DNA from: Roseateles microcysteis
GTDB lineage: Bacteria > Pseudomonadota > Gammaproteobacteria > Burkholderiales > Burkholderiaceae_C
Reading direction: 5' to 3'
Assembly (NCBI RefSeq): GCF_036880965.1
Contig: NZ_JBAJMV010000002.1
Span: 191,707 to 223,706 of the forward strand
Length of the DNA stretch: 32,000 bases
Below, piece after piece: positions 10,364 through 18,492 of the stretch. The notes under the pieces are model-generated. The model was given only the letters and a program-made list of their open reading frames with translations, was not told where the DNA came from and did not search any database. The number at the start of each line of letters is the position of its first letter. Within the stretch, counting starts at the first letter, position 1. The translations under genes were made by a program, and so were the position numbers.

Positions 10364-13300
10364 TCAGTCGCCGTGGCTGCCGTGACCGTGACCAGTCAGC
10401 TCCAGGTCCACCGGCATGCCCTTGGCATCAGCGCCGTCGAAGAAGAAGGGCTTGCGCGGCTTGTTGCGCGAGACCACTTCATTCATCGTGCCAGCCTCGT
10501 ACAGGCGGCCGTTGATCATCACGTGGCTGATGCGGTCGCTCTGGCGGATGTCCTTGAGCACATCGCCCTCGATGATCACCAGGTCAGCCAGCTTGCCGGC
10601 CTCCAGCGAGCCGATGTCCTTGTCCAGGCCGAGGTAGCGCGCCGGGTTGATGGTGGCGCTGCGCAGCGCTTCCAGCGAGTTCATGCCGCCGAGGCCGAAC
10701 ATCCACATTTCCCAGTGCGCGCCGAGGCCTTCGCGCTGGCCGTGGGCACCGATATTGGTCTGCACACCGGTGCGCTGCAGCTCGGTCGCCGTCTTGGCCA
10801 CCTGGATGACGTTGAAGTCTTCCTCGGGTGCAGTGACGCGGCGGATGCTGCGCGGTTCCAGCACGCTGCGCGGCACGTACTTGGTCAGCAGCGGATGCTT
10901 CCAGACCTCGGTGCGCGAGTACCAGTAGTGCTCGCCGTCCAGGCCGCCGTAGGCCACGTTCAGCGTTGGCGTGTAGCCGACCTGCGTCTGGCTCCAGAAC
11001 TGCTTCACGTCGTCGTAGACCTTGGCAATCGGCAAGGCATGTTCGACGCCGGTATGCCCGTCAACCACCATGCTCATATTGAGCTGGAACATCGAGCCGC
11101 CTTCGGGCACCACCATCATGCCGGTCTGGCGCGCGGCCTCGATCACCTGCTGGCGCTGCTCGCGGCGCGGCTGCTGGTAGCTCTTCACGCTGATGGCGCC
11201 ATTGGCCTTCATGCGCTTGAGGTGCGTCAGCGCGTCGTCGTAGTTGTTGATGACCGCGGTGAAGGATGTCTTGGCGCCGTAGAGGATGGTGCCGGTCGAA
11301 TAGATGCGCGGGCCGACCACCAGGCCGGCGCGCTGCATCTCCGACTGCGTGAAGATCTCGCCGCTGCTGTTGCTGGGGTCGTGGATCGTCGTCAGGCCGA
11401 AGGCGAGCGAGGCGTAGTTGACCCAGCTCTGCTGCGGGATCAGCGCGCTCTCGCCCATGCCACCATGCCAGTGCGCGTCGATGAAGCCCGGCACGATGGT
11501 CTTGCCTTTGGCGTCCACGGTCTTGGCGCCGGCCGGCACGGCGACCTGGCCCGCCCGGCCGACAGCGGCGATGCGGTTGCCGTCGATGACGATCACGCCG
11601 TCTTCGATCACCTCGTTGCCGCGCATCGTGGCAATGCGTGCGCCGGTGATGGCGATCTTGCCGCTCGGCTTGTCGGTCGCCTGCATGAAGCCGATCTTCA
11701 CGCCGTTCTCGCTGGCCTTGTAGCTGGCCTTGCCGTCGGCGCCCACAGCGAATGCTGCCGACAGCGGCGTGGTGAACAGCTCATTGCCCATCGAAAAATG
11801 CAGCTTCTGGCTGTCGCCCGACCAGTGCATGCCGTCAGCCGCGTTCACGTCCAGCTGGCGCACGGGCAGCGCGTCCATCCTGGGGCCGACGGTGATGGCC
11901 TTGCCGGTCTGGGGCAGGGGTGTCACGTAGGCGTGGAAGCGCTCGGTGAATCCGAGCCACTGGCCATCCGGCGAGACCGCATAGTCGGCGCCGTTGTCGT
12001 TGCGGGCGATCTCGATTTCGCTGCGGTCGTTCAGGTCGATGCGGACCAGCTTGCGGACGCTGTCCACCTCGCTGGTCGACTGGCTGCGGTTGACGAAGAG
12101 CTGCTCGTTGCTGGCACCGAACTGCGGCGTGTCGCCGCTCTTGGTCACGAGCTTGGGCGTGCCCTTGCCGTCGGCCGAGACGATGAAGATGCCGGTTTCC
12201 AGGCCATGCCAGGGTGTCGTCAGGTAGCCACCGCGCGACTTGCTGAACACCACGCTCTTGCCATCCGGCGAGAAGCGCGGCGACAGGTACTTGCCCAGCG
12301 CGGTGGTCAGCACGGTTTCGCGGCCGCTGGCGATGTCGAGCTTGCGCACGCTGCCCAGCTTCTCGTCGTTCCAGGTCACGAACACCAGCTCCTTGCTGTC
12401 GCGCGAGAAGCTCGGATAGAACTCGAAGGCCTCAGCCTGCTTGGTCAGGCGGCGTGGCTGCGTGTTGCCCGCCAGGTCCTTGATGTAGAGGTGGCCCATC
12501 GCCGAATAGACGACGTTTTTGCCGTCTGGCGAAACGCTGACCCAGCGGAGTTGCTTGACCTCGAACTCGTCCGGCGCCACCACCTGCGGCACGCGCACGG
12601 CCTCGCGCACCTCACGCGTGTCCTTCACGTGGAAAGCGATCTCGCTGGCCGAACCCTTGAACGGATCGACTCGCCAGAGCTTGCCTTGCGCCCAGACGAC
12701 GATGTTCTTGGCGTCCGGCGTCCAGGCGAACGACGGGTACACGCCGTAGACCGACCAGGCTTCCTGCAGGTCGCGTTCCAGGTGGCCCCAGGCGGCGAAC
12801 TCGCGGCCGGTCTGCAGGTCCTTCAGGAAGAGGGTGCTCTGGTTGCGAACACGGCGCACAAAGGCCAGATACTTGCCATCGGGAGAGGGCGTCGGGCGAA
12901 CCGCGCCACCGGCGCCCTGCACAAATGCTTCGGTGGAGCCGTCCCGCAGGTCCTGGCGGAAGATCTTGAAGATCTCGGCATTGCTGTCCTTGTTGTACTC
13001 GAACACGCGGCCCGGTGTGGCGTCGTTCGAGTAGTAGAGGTACTTGCCGTCGGGCGAGATGGCCGGCTCGCCCAGGTCCTTCTGCCAGTTCGGCTTCTCA
13101 TTCAGCTGCACGCCCTTGCCGCCATCCACGTGGTACATCCAGATCTCGCCGGAGCCGGCCGAGCGGGTGCCGGTGTAATGCTTGCGAGCCAGCAGGTACT
13201 TGCCGTTCGGATGCCAGACGGGGTTGTTCAACAGCCGGAAATCTTCCTTGGTCACGGCCTTCGCGCCGGTGCCGTCGGCGTTCATCAGCCAGACGTTGTC

Positions 13301-13714
13301 GCCACCGCCCGCGTCGCTCAGGAAAGCGATCTGCTTGCCGTCTGGCGACCAGCGGGCCTGGTGCTCCCAGGCCATCGAATGCGTCAAGGCCTTGGCCTCG
13401 CCGCCGCCAATGGGCAGGGTGTAGAGGTCGCCCAGCAGGTCGAACACCACGGTCTTGCCGTCCGGGCTCACGTCCACGCTCATCCAGCTGCCCGTGCGCA
13501 CATCGATGTTGACGGTCTTGCTCGGGCCGGGCGGGTTGTTGACGCTCCAGGCCGGCTTCTTGGCGGCGCTGGCGGCCGAGGCCGCATCTGCGGCTGGTGC
13601 GGTGGTCTGGGCATTTTGCGCGTTGGCGCCGAGGTTCAAGCCCAGGGTCAGGGCGGCGGCCAGCAGGCTCAGGCGCGGGTGGCGCGGCGCGGACTGGACA
13701 GCGAAAGTGATCAT
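10364..13714 (-). CDS. Secreted TolB-like beta-propeller (PD40 repeats) / amidohydrolase-domain fusion protein
   Basis: 1116 aa from the ATG at 13714 (MITFAVQSAPRHPRLSLLAAALTLGLNLGANAQ signal peptide). Repeated xSPDGKxhxF propeller motifs, and a C-terminal metal-dependent amidohydrolase signature GFIDAHWHG. The track ORF extends to 14536, but that extension overlaps a better plus-strand gene. Confidence 0.85.
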   Translation of the reverse strand: MITFAVQSAPRHPRLSLLAAALTLGLNLGANAQNAQTTAPAADAASAASAAKKPAWSVNNPPGPSKTVNIDVRTGSWMSVDVSPDGKTVVFDLLGDLYTLPIGGGEAKALTHSMAWEHQARWSPDGKQIAFLSDAGGGDNVWLMNADGTGAKAVTKEDFRLLNNPVWHPNGKYLLARKHYTGTRSAGSGEIWMYHVDGGKGVQLNEKPNWQKDLGEPAISPDGKYLYYSNDATPGRVFEYNKDSNAEIFKIFRQDLRDGSTEAFVQGAGGAVRPTPSPDGKYLAFVRRVRNQSTLFLKDLQTGREFAAWGHLERDLQEAWSVYGVYPSFAWTPDAKNIVVWAQGKLWRVDPFKGSASEIAFHVKDTREVREAVRVPQVVAPDEFEVKQLRWVSVSPDGKNVVYSAMGHLYIKDLAGNTQPRRLTKQAEAFEFYPSFSRDSKELVFVTWNDEKLGSVRKLDIASGRETVLTTALGKYLSPRFSPDGKSVVFSKSRGGYLTTPWHGLETGIFIVSADGKGTPKLVTKSGDTPQFGASNEQLFVNRSQSTSEVDSVRKLVRIDLNDRSEIEIARNDNGADYAVSPDGQWLGFTERFHAYVTPLPQTGKAITVGPRMDALPVRQLDVNAADGMHWSGDSQKLHFSMGNELFTTPLSAAFAVGADGKASYKASENGVKIGFMQATDKPSGKIAITGARIATMRGNEVIEDGVIVIDGNRIAAVGRAGQVAVPAGAKTVDAKGKTIVPGFIDAHWHGGMGESALIPQQSWVNYASLAFGLTTIHDPSNSSGEIFTQSEMQRAGLVVGPRIYSTGTILYGAKTSFTAVINNYDDALTHLKRMKANGAISVKSYQQPRREQRQQVIEAARQTGMMVVPEGGSMFQLNMSMVVDGHTGVEHALPIAKVYDDVKQFWSQTQVGYTPTLNVAYGGLDGEHYWYSRTEVWKHPLLTKYVPRSVLEPRSIRRVTAPEEDFNVIQVAKTATELQRTGVQTNIGAHGQREGLGAHWEMWMFGLGGMNSLEALRSATINPARYLGLDKDIGSLEAGKLADLVIIEGDVLKDIRQSDRISHVMINGRLYEAGTMNEVVSRNKPRKPFFFDGADAKGMPVDLELTGHGHGSHGD

Positions 13715-13861
13715 GAGACAGCTCTTTCGTGGTTGGAAAAGTGTGGAAAGAAACGGGCGGCGCGTGAGCATAGCGGCCCCTCGCAAAAGTGACCAAAGAC
13801 AGGGGCTTGCGTGGCTAAACTGGGCAGGTTCGACAATGCATCGATCAGGGAGAAAGCAAGC

Positions 13862-14596
13862 ATGGACCAACGAGTCATCGGCGTGCCAACGCGGCTCTGC
13901 GCATGGCTGAGCCTGATCTGCTTGGGGCTGGGGCAGCCGGCCCCGGTAAAGGCCTTCGACGCGGGCGATCGGCGACCGGTGGCTTCGGCCGAAGCCGACC
14001 GGCGCGTCTGGTTGCGAGCCGTGATGCACTTTGATCTGACCGGGCAGGCCCGAGTGGTGGAGTTTCGCAATATCGACGGGCAGGTGCCTGCCGGTTTCAT
14101 CGAAGTTCTTCAGCAGCGCTTGCTCAACGTGAAGCTGCAGCCGCCTGTGATCGGCGAGCAGGCCGTTGATTGGCGCACCGGCGCCATGGTGGAAGTGGAG
14201 ATTCAGCGCAAGGACGACGGCGCCGGCCAGCTCACCATCAAGCAGCTTCGCTTTGCACCTTTGCTTGTGCGCCAGGTGCTGCAGGATCTGCCGCGCGCGC
14301 TGTCCGCGGCCCGGGCCTACGACCACCAGTTCATGGTGGTCTGCGACATCGATACGCAAGGCCATTGCGATCCCTCGATCGAGGCGCCGGTGCCCATGCC
14401 CGAGCCCGTGCGCAAGTGGGCGCTGGACAGTGCCAAGACCTGGCTGTTCGAGCCTCAGCAACTCGCCGGTCAGGCGGTGCCGGGCCGTGTCAAGCTGCCG
14501 ATGCGGCTGCACACGCCGTTCGGCGAAGAAGGCCAACGCCCGATCGACTTCCGGGTGATCGATCCGATCAATCGGATGAGGTCATCGCGGGAATAG
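13862..14596 (+). CDS. Hypothetical secreted protein
   Basis: ATG at 13862 preceded by GGGAGA. N-terminal signal-like segment PTRLCAWLSLICLGLGQPAPVKA. No motif I recognise with confidence. Confidence 0.55.
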   Translation: MDQRVIGVPTRLCAWLSLICLGLGQPAPVKAFDAGDRRPVASAEADRRVWLRAVMHFDLTGQARVVEFRNIDGQVPAGFIEVLQQRLLNVKLQPPVIGEQAVDWRTGAMVEVEIQRKDDGAGQLTIKQLRFAPLLVRQVLQDLPRALSAARAYDHQFMVVCDIDTQGHCDPSIEAPVPMPEPVRKWALDSAKTWLFEPQQLAGQAVPGRVKLPMRLHTPFGEEGQRPIDFRVIDPINRMRSSRE

Positions 14597-14691
14597 CCTC
14601 CGCCACCGAATGCCGCCGGCTCCAAAGTTCGAGTGATTGGTCCTAGGGGGGGAATCATTGATGACAGGATTTGCTGTACGAATTCGCTTGT

Positions 14692-15054
14692 TTACATAAT
14701 ACACACACGGTCCGTCACATAACTGTTAGGATTTGCGGCTGCCTCGTTGCTTGGGAAAGCAATTAGGGCGGCCACTACGCAAGCCGCGACCTTTGCAGGC
14801 ATGCCGAAGAGTCGGGCCATGCGCTCACGCTCTGCCGGGTCTTTTTCCTGCGAAACGATGGCGGCTAGCGCTGCTTCTCGCGGGTCCAGGCCGGCGACCT
14901 CGGCCAGTTTGGCGGCGATGTTTGGGCTGAGCTGCTTTTCACCTCGTGCGATGCGGCCGAGAAACGAATGGTTCTCGCTGATGGCATCAGCCAGCTTTCG
15001 CCTGCTGCCGAACTTTTCTTCAGCGGCTGCGATAAGGGTTTCTACGGATGACAT
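14692..15054 (-). CDS. HTH DNA-binding regulator (phage repressor/Cro-like candidate) with a hydrophobic C-terminal segment
   Basis: ATG at 15054 preceded by GGAG with a 6-nt spacer. MSSVETLIAAAEEKFGSRRKLADAISENHSFLGRIARGEKQLSPNIAAKLAEV has an HTH-like pattern. The last five codons and the stop lie inside the 12-bp terminal repeat. Confidence 0.6.
   Translation of the reverse strand: MSSVETLIAAAEEKFGSRRKLADAISENHSFLGRIARGEKQLSPNIAAKLAEVAGLDPREAALAAIVSQEKDPAERERMARLFGMPAKVAACVVAALIAFPSNEAAANPNSYVTDRVCIM
14694..14705 (+). repeat. Direct repeat ACATAATACACA, left copy (candidate dif-like att core)
   Basis: Exact 12-nt match to 23268-23279, in the context tgTTTACATAA-TACACA-cacggtccgtc. ACATAA resembles the inner part of a Xer-binding arm, and TACACA differs from the reverse complement (TATACA) of the E. 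coli dif central hexamer TGTATA by one base. Confidence 0.6.
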
Positions 15055-15098
15055 GTGCACCTCCGGTCGTCATAGTTCGCCACATTGTGTGCACCTCC

Positions 15099-15115
15099 GG
15101 TGCACGAGCACCTAA
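15099..15115. promoter_or_regulatory. Candidate operator: palindrome GTGCACC-TCC-GGTGCAC, with a 13-nt half-site copy at 15055-15067
   Basis: 7-bp perfect inverted repeat with a 3-nt spacer. GTGCACCTCCGGT recurs exactly at 15055-15067, overlapping the start of the HTH gene. Confidence 0.4.
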
Positions 15116-15139
15116 GGTCAACATGCGCCGCAATGTACA

Positions 15140-15601
15140 TCAACCTGGTGAGGATGCAAACGCCTTCAGCACGTCTGCCGTGTCGGGCACGTTTTTGAAG
15201 CGCAGCACTCGATATCCGGCCTTGGCGAGCAATGTGTCTCGCGCTGCATCGGCGGCCGCCCGGTTCTTGTGTGAGCTGTCGTCCAGCTCAACGACGGCCA
15301 GCACCTCGAAGGCTTTGGAGCACACGACGAAGTCAGCGACTTTTCGGTCGAACGTTGCTCGGGTAGGGCGGTCCTTTGTGTCGAGCAGAGCCGAGAACGC
15401 CACCTGTGCCAAGACCAATGTGTCGGGCATCGCTTGCGAAAGCCTGAAGAACATTGCCTGCTCTCGCTCCGTTAGCGGTCGCTTTGCGAACAGAGTTCCG
15501 GTGGCCTTGCCGCCTGCTTCATTCGTTCGGAGCTTGGCCGTCACGAGGAACGCAAGGGCTGCCACGGCGAGCAGGACGGCTGCAAAAAATATCAGCTTCA
15601 T
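15140..15601 (-). CDS. Membrane-anchored DUF2726/Vsr-like (PD-(D/E)xK fold) nuclease-domain protein
   Basis: N-terminal TM MKLIFFAAVLLAVAALAFLV. Core ADFVVC...AVVELDDSSH...D..RD..L...GYRVLRF matches the DF / E-x-D-x-x-H / VLRF pattern of DUF2726 and DUF559-type endonuclease folds. Confidence 0.65.
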   Translation of the reverse strand: MKLIFFAAVLLAVAALAFLVTAKLRTNEAGGKATGTLFAKRPLTEREQAMFFRLSQAMPDTLVLAQVAFSALLDTKDRPTRATFDRKVADFVVCSKAFEVLAVVELDDSSHKNRAAADAARDTLLAKAGYRVLRFKNVPDTADVLKAFASSPG

Positions 15602-15613
15602 GGTGGGTGGTCA

Positions 15614-15976
15614 GTGATGAGCGCGCAAAGCATACCGGTTAGCGACGCGCCTACCTATAGGGATTGGCTGACTGCACGCCTGGGTGAGCCATTGGACGGT
15701 GGTATCCGCACGGTCTATGTTCAGTTTCGTAAGCGGGGCGCTGTTCTCTGTGGCGTTGCGATTGAGGCCATCCCGGCTCAGCAGGGCCAAGACTGGTTTC
15801 GGATCAAGTCGAGCTTGGGGCTTTGCTCGGCCCCAGCTGCGAACGTACGCATCTGCGGCGGCGAAGGGTGCAGCTGTGCGCCTGACGCGCCAGCCGCGGG
15901 CGCTTGCGCCGCGCCTGGCGCGTCTCGCGCTGTCCCCCTCGGTAACACGGGGACAACAATCGGGGCAGGGGCATGA
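15614..15976 (+). CDS. Hypothetical protein upstream of rep (coding status uncertain)
   Basis: 120-aa ORF whose stop overlaps the rep ATG (ATGA). No recognisable motif. The same interval contains hairpins (about 15811-15838 and 15930-15955) and could instead be an origin or promoter region. Confidence 0.35.
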   Translation: MMSAQSIPVSDAPTYRDWLTARLGEPLDGGIRTVYVQFRKRGAVLCGVAIEAIPAQQGQDWFRIKSSLGLCSAPAANVRICGGEGCSCAPDAPAAGACAAPGASRAVPLGNTGTTIGAGA

Positions 15977-17139
15977 GGACAGAAGCCCGCCCGGTCCTTG
16001 CCGGAAGGCACCTGAAATGGACGCTGGAACAGCGCCAGGCCAAAACGGGTTGGATGGTGCATATCGACTGGCTCCGGTTCACGGTTCCGCTCGATGCCAT
16101 CGTCAAGCGTGAGCCTGCGCTGGTGGACCTGACGGCGCTTGACCTCCTTGAGCAGTCCGCCCGCGATGTGGTTCGCATGGCGGCAGGGGTTGAGTGCGCA
16201 GAGTACACCTCGGCTCACAAGGTTGCGGAAGCAGGGGCGCGGCTGATAGCCAGTTTGCTGGACTGTGGCATTGAGCCAGGCGAAGCGCTGGAAAAGGGCA
16301 TGGACTTCTACTCTGCCCGTGCGCCTCTCGTGTTCGCTGGCGAAACGGTCGGCTTTGTGCTGGCTGGCGGCAAGGCGACGACGCAATCCGGCACGGTTCA
16401 CGTGAACTTGTTCGGCTCTGCAATGCTGCATGTGCCGGTGGATCGCCTTGACGGCTTGCGGGAGTTCCTCGTTGCCAATGACGGCAACATAACGCGGGTT
16501 GACCTGGCGCTTGATGTGTTCGAGGGTCGGTGCATCGATGAGGTTCGCATGGCCTACCTGGCCGGCGATTTCGACGTTCGGGGCAAGCGGCCTGGTCAGC
16601 GTGAGATTGGAAGCTGGACCCTCGGGCACTCGCGCACGTTTGAGGTTGGCTCACGCCAAACCGGCAAGATGATGCGCGCCTATGAAAAGGGCGATGAAAA
16701 GCTCGGCCCGGAAGCGGACGACCCGTGGATTCGGTATGAGGTCGAGTTTCGGGACAACCATCGAATTATCGATCTTGATGTGTTGACCCGTCCGTCTGAC
16801 TTCTTCGCAGGAGCGTATGAGTTCTGCGCGGACATGCTTGAACAGTTACGCGTCAACGCCAACGCCTGCCGGATCCCGACAGTCCCGGAAGTCGCTGACA
16901 AAACAGAAGAGGCCGCAGTGCTTCGCGTTGCGCGCTGGATCAAGCGCACGGCTGCGCCGGCTCTCTCAGTTGCTCTGAGCCTGGGCGGTGATCTGCTCGG
17001 CCAGATTCTTGACCAAGAGGGTCATCGGATGCCTAAGCGCTTGCGCGGCATCAAGACGGACGCTCTCCGGTCTGCATTCGAAAAAGTCGCCGAAGCAATG
17101 GCCCCCGCTTCGTCGCCGTCGTTGAGTGGGGCTGTGTAG
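15973..17139 (+). CDS. Rolling-circle replication initiation protein, Rep_trans (pfam02486-like; RstA/gpII analogue)
   Basis: N-terminal MVHIDWLRFTVP motif characteristic of Rep_trans initiators of filamentous phages and pT181-type plasmids. First gene of the plus-strand phage operon. An alternative start is at 16054. Confidence 0.8.
   Translation: MRTEARPVLAGRHLKWTLEQRQAKTGWMVHIDWLRFTVPLDAIVKREPALVDLTALDLLEQSARDVVRMAAGVECAEYTSAHKVAEAGARLIASLLDCGIEPGEALEKGMDFYSARAPLVFAGETVGFVLAGGKATTQSGTVHVNLFGSAMLHVPVDRLDGLREFLVANDGNITRVDLALDVFEGRCIDEVRMAYLAGDFDVRGKRPGQREIGSWTLGHSRTFEVGSRQTGKMMRAYEKGDEKLGPEADDPWIRYEVEFRDNHRIIDLDVLTRPSDFFAGAYEFCADMLEQLRVNANACRIPTVPEVADKTEEAAVLRVARWIKRTAAPALSVALSLGGDLLGQILDQEGHRMPKRLRGIKTDALRSAFEKVAEAMAPASSPSLSGAV
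16331..16346. repeat. parS-like palindrome copy S1 (tgTTCGC-TG-GCGAAAC, 12/14)
   Basis: Matches GTTTCGC-NN-GCGAAAC at 12 of 14 specified positions. Lies inside rep. Confidence 0.5.
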
Positions 17140-17154
17140 TTTCGCAAGCGAAAC
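17139..17154. repeat. parS-like palindrome copy S2 (GTTTCGC-AA-GCGAAAC, perfect)
   Basis: Perfect 7-bp arms. Overlaps the last base of the rep TAG stop and sits 14 nt before the gV-position ATG. Confidence 0.75.
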
Positions 17155-17167
17155 AAAAGGAATCGAC

Positions 17168-17470
17168 ATGAAGTTTCAATCGCAGATCACCGTCGTCGGC
17201 ATGAAGGCCAACAAAGGCACGATGGAAAACGGCCAGGCGTATGACAGCACCAAGGTTTATGCGCTGACCGACCTTGACAACAGCAAGGGCATGTCCGTTG
17301 GTCAGGCGACCTCGGAATTCAACATCGGCACCAGCGATGAACTGGCGAAATACAAGCATCTGCCGTTCCCGTTCGTCGCCATGGCCGACTGCGAAATCGT
17401 CACCAGTGGCAAGGCCACGAAGACGGTGATTCACGCCATCAAGCCGTTGGAACCGGCAAAGAAGTCCTAA
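17168..17470 (+). CDS. Candidate ssDNA-binding protein (gV position)
   Basis: 100-aa ORF directly after rep, with RBS AAGGAA 6 nt before the ATG at 17168. Assignment rests on position and size only. Confidence 0.5.
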   Translation: MKFQSQITVVGMKANKGTMENGQAYDSTKVYALTDLDNSKGMSVGQATSEFNIGTSDELAKYKHLPFPFVAMADCEIVTSGKATKTVIHAIKPLEPAKKS

Positions 17471-17479
17471 GGCTTCCCC

Positions 17480-17683
17480 ATGGCGCGCTACCTCATTCAG
17501 AGCGGCTACACGTTTGAGTTCCTGCACTGGGACGAACGAACCGGGGGCGTGAATTGGACGCCTAGCCTTGCCGTCGCAATCCGTCACGGGGTCGCGTCCG
17601 ACCTGGAAGAGGTAGATCAGCTTATGCAGGATCACTGCGACCCTGGGCAGGCGTTCTATGTCGATTTGGACATGGAAACCTAG
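17480..17683 (+). CDS. Hypothetical small phage protein
   Basis: 67-aa ORF starting 10 nt after the previous stop, in the same operon. Confidence 0.45.
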   Translation: MARYLIQSGYTFEFLHWDERTGGVNWTPSLAVAIRHGVASDLEEVDQLMQDHCDPGQAFYVDLDMET

Positions 17684-17846
17684 CGTTAGGCAATGGTTCT
17701 TTGCGCCTTGCTGGCTAGTGCACCAGTAAACGCGTTTCTTGTCGCACTGTGAGGGGTTTGATATGTGGCCGTTTGCTCTGTGGTACTCGGAACCGTTCTG
17801 GTGCTTCTTCCCTGCGTTTTTCTGACGCGGTAGGTAGGTCGTCGCC

Positions 17847-18116
17847 ATGATTTGCATCCCACCGCCGCCGTCTGAAGTCATGTGTGAACCTGGGTTCGTT
17901 TGTGACCCTAGCGGCGGGGGTGCGCCTTATCGGCTTGCGGCTGGTGAGACTTGTGCGGGCTTGACCGTGTTAGAGCCTAACGATGTCCCGCCTAACCCGT
18001 TTGTGATGACGACGGAAGATGGCTTGCTTGTTAGCTCTGCCGTGGCTTCCGTGTGGTGCCTGGCGTGGGCGCTCAAGGCTATTCGCTCTGTTCTCAGTGA
18101 CAACTCGTTGGAGTAA
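17847..18116 (+). CDS. Small membrane protein, minor coat (pVII/pIX-like) candidate
   Basis: C-terminal TM plus basic tail LLVSSAVASVWCLAWALKAIRSVL. An internal ATG at 18006 would give a 36-aa product of pVII/pIX size. The stop lies 2 nt before the next gene. Confidence 0.45.
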   Translation: MICIPPPPSEVMCEPGFVCDPSGGGAPYRLAAGETCAGLTVLEPNDVPPNPFVMTTEDGLLVSSAVASVWCLAWALKAIRSVLSDNSLE

Positions 18117-18118
18117 TC

Positions 18119-18424
18119 GTGGCTGATATCACTTTGATTCAAGGGGCTGGTGTGACGGTTGCGGCGGTTGGTGCGGCTGTGTTTGTTGTTCATGTCACGT
18201 TGGCCATTAACCGTTGGCTGCGCGATGTGTTGGGCTACGGATGGGACTACACGGCTACAGATTTGCACGGGGATGCTTCAGGTGAGGGGCCGCCTCCGGA
18301 CGAATGGGGGGATACGGAGCCTGCTGAAGAAGTGGGTGGGAATCCCAATCCAACGTTTGAAGATGACGACGGCAGAACGTGGGTTGTCGATCACAACGGC
18401 GACTGGGTTGTGAAGTCATCGTGA
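18119..18424 (+). CDS. Leaderless coat-protein paralog with an acidic Pro/Gly/Asp-rich C-terminal tail
   Basis: GTG start. Residues 2-38 (ADITLIQGAGVTVAAVGAAVFVVHVTLAINRWLRDVL) align with the mature major coat protein (TDLTAITGAGTEIAAVGGAVFVVMVGIKLVKWIRRAL) at about 19 of 37 identities. Confidence 0.6.
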   Translation: MADITLIQGAGVTVAAVGAAVFVVHVTLAINRWLRDVLGYGWDYTATDLHGDASGEGPPPDEWGDTEPAEEVGGNPNPTFEDDDGRTWVVDHNGDWVVKSS

Positions 18425-18492
18425 ATTTACGAATCGGGCTCGACGCCGATACGGCTCGATTCGTCCATACCTTTTCGGCGCGGAGATTGAAG

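Noticed and set aside
238-13792. Very long ORFs antisense to sdaA, gcvP, gcvT, the two-component genes, the DegP-like gene and the amidohydrolase (238..1839 +, 1926..4739 +, 5298..6377 +, 6701..7789 -, 8695..9726 +, 10373..13792 +)
   Set aside because: These are typical high-GC shadow ORFs. They are Arg/Ala/Gly/His-rich with no motifs, and each mirrors a gene that has unmistakable family signatures on the other strand.
13715-14536. N-terminal 274-codon extension of the 1390-aa minus-strand ORF (10364..14536)
   Set aside because: The extension has an Arg/His/Gly-rich, non-protein-like composition and lies antisense to a better plus-strand ORF (13862-14596). A clean signal peptide begins at the internal ATG at 13714.
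14600-14690. Possible tRNA as the integration target at the left prophage boundary (GTTCGAGTG resembles a T-loop)
   Set aside because: The flanking bases do not form a T-stem or an acceptor stem, and no cloverleaf can be drawn. The dif-like core explains the boundary better.
15427-15442. Degenerate seventh copy of the palindrome (gcaTCGC-TT-GCGAAAg, 11/14) inside the DUF2726 gene
   Set aside because: Three mismatches, including both outer positions, make it too weak to call without a statistical scan.
17763-17825. 20-codon ORF MWPFALWYSEPFWCFFPAFF with a GAGGGG RBS in the 163-nt gap before 17847, as a possible pVII/pIX-like peptide
   Set aside because: It is too short and too aromatic to be confident of a TM helix, and there is no way to test coding status from the sequence alone. 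It is worth checking by proteomics.
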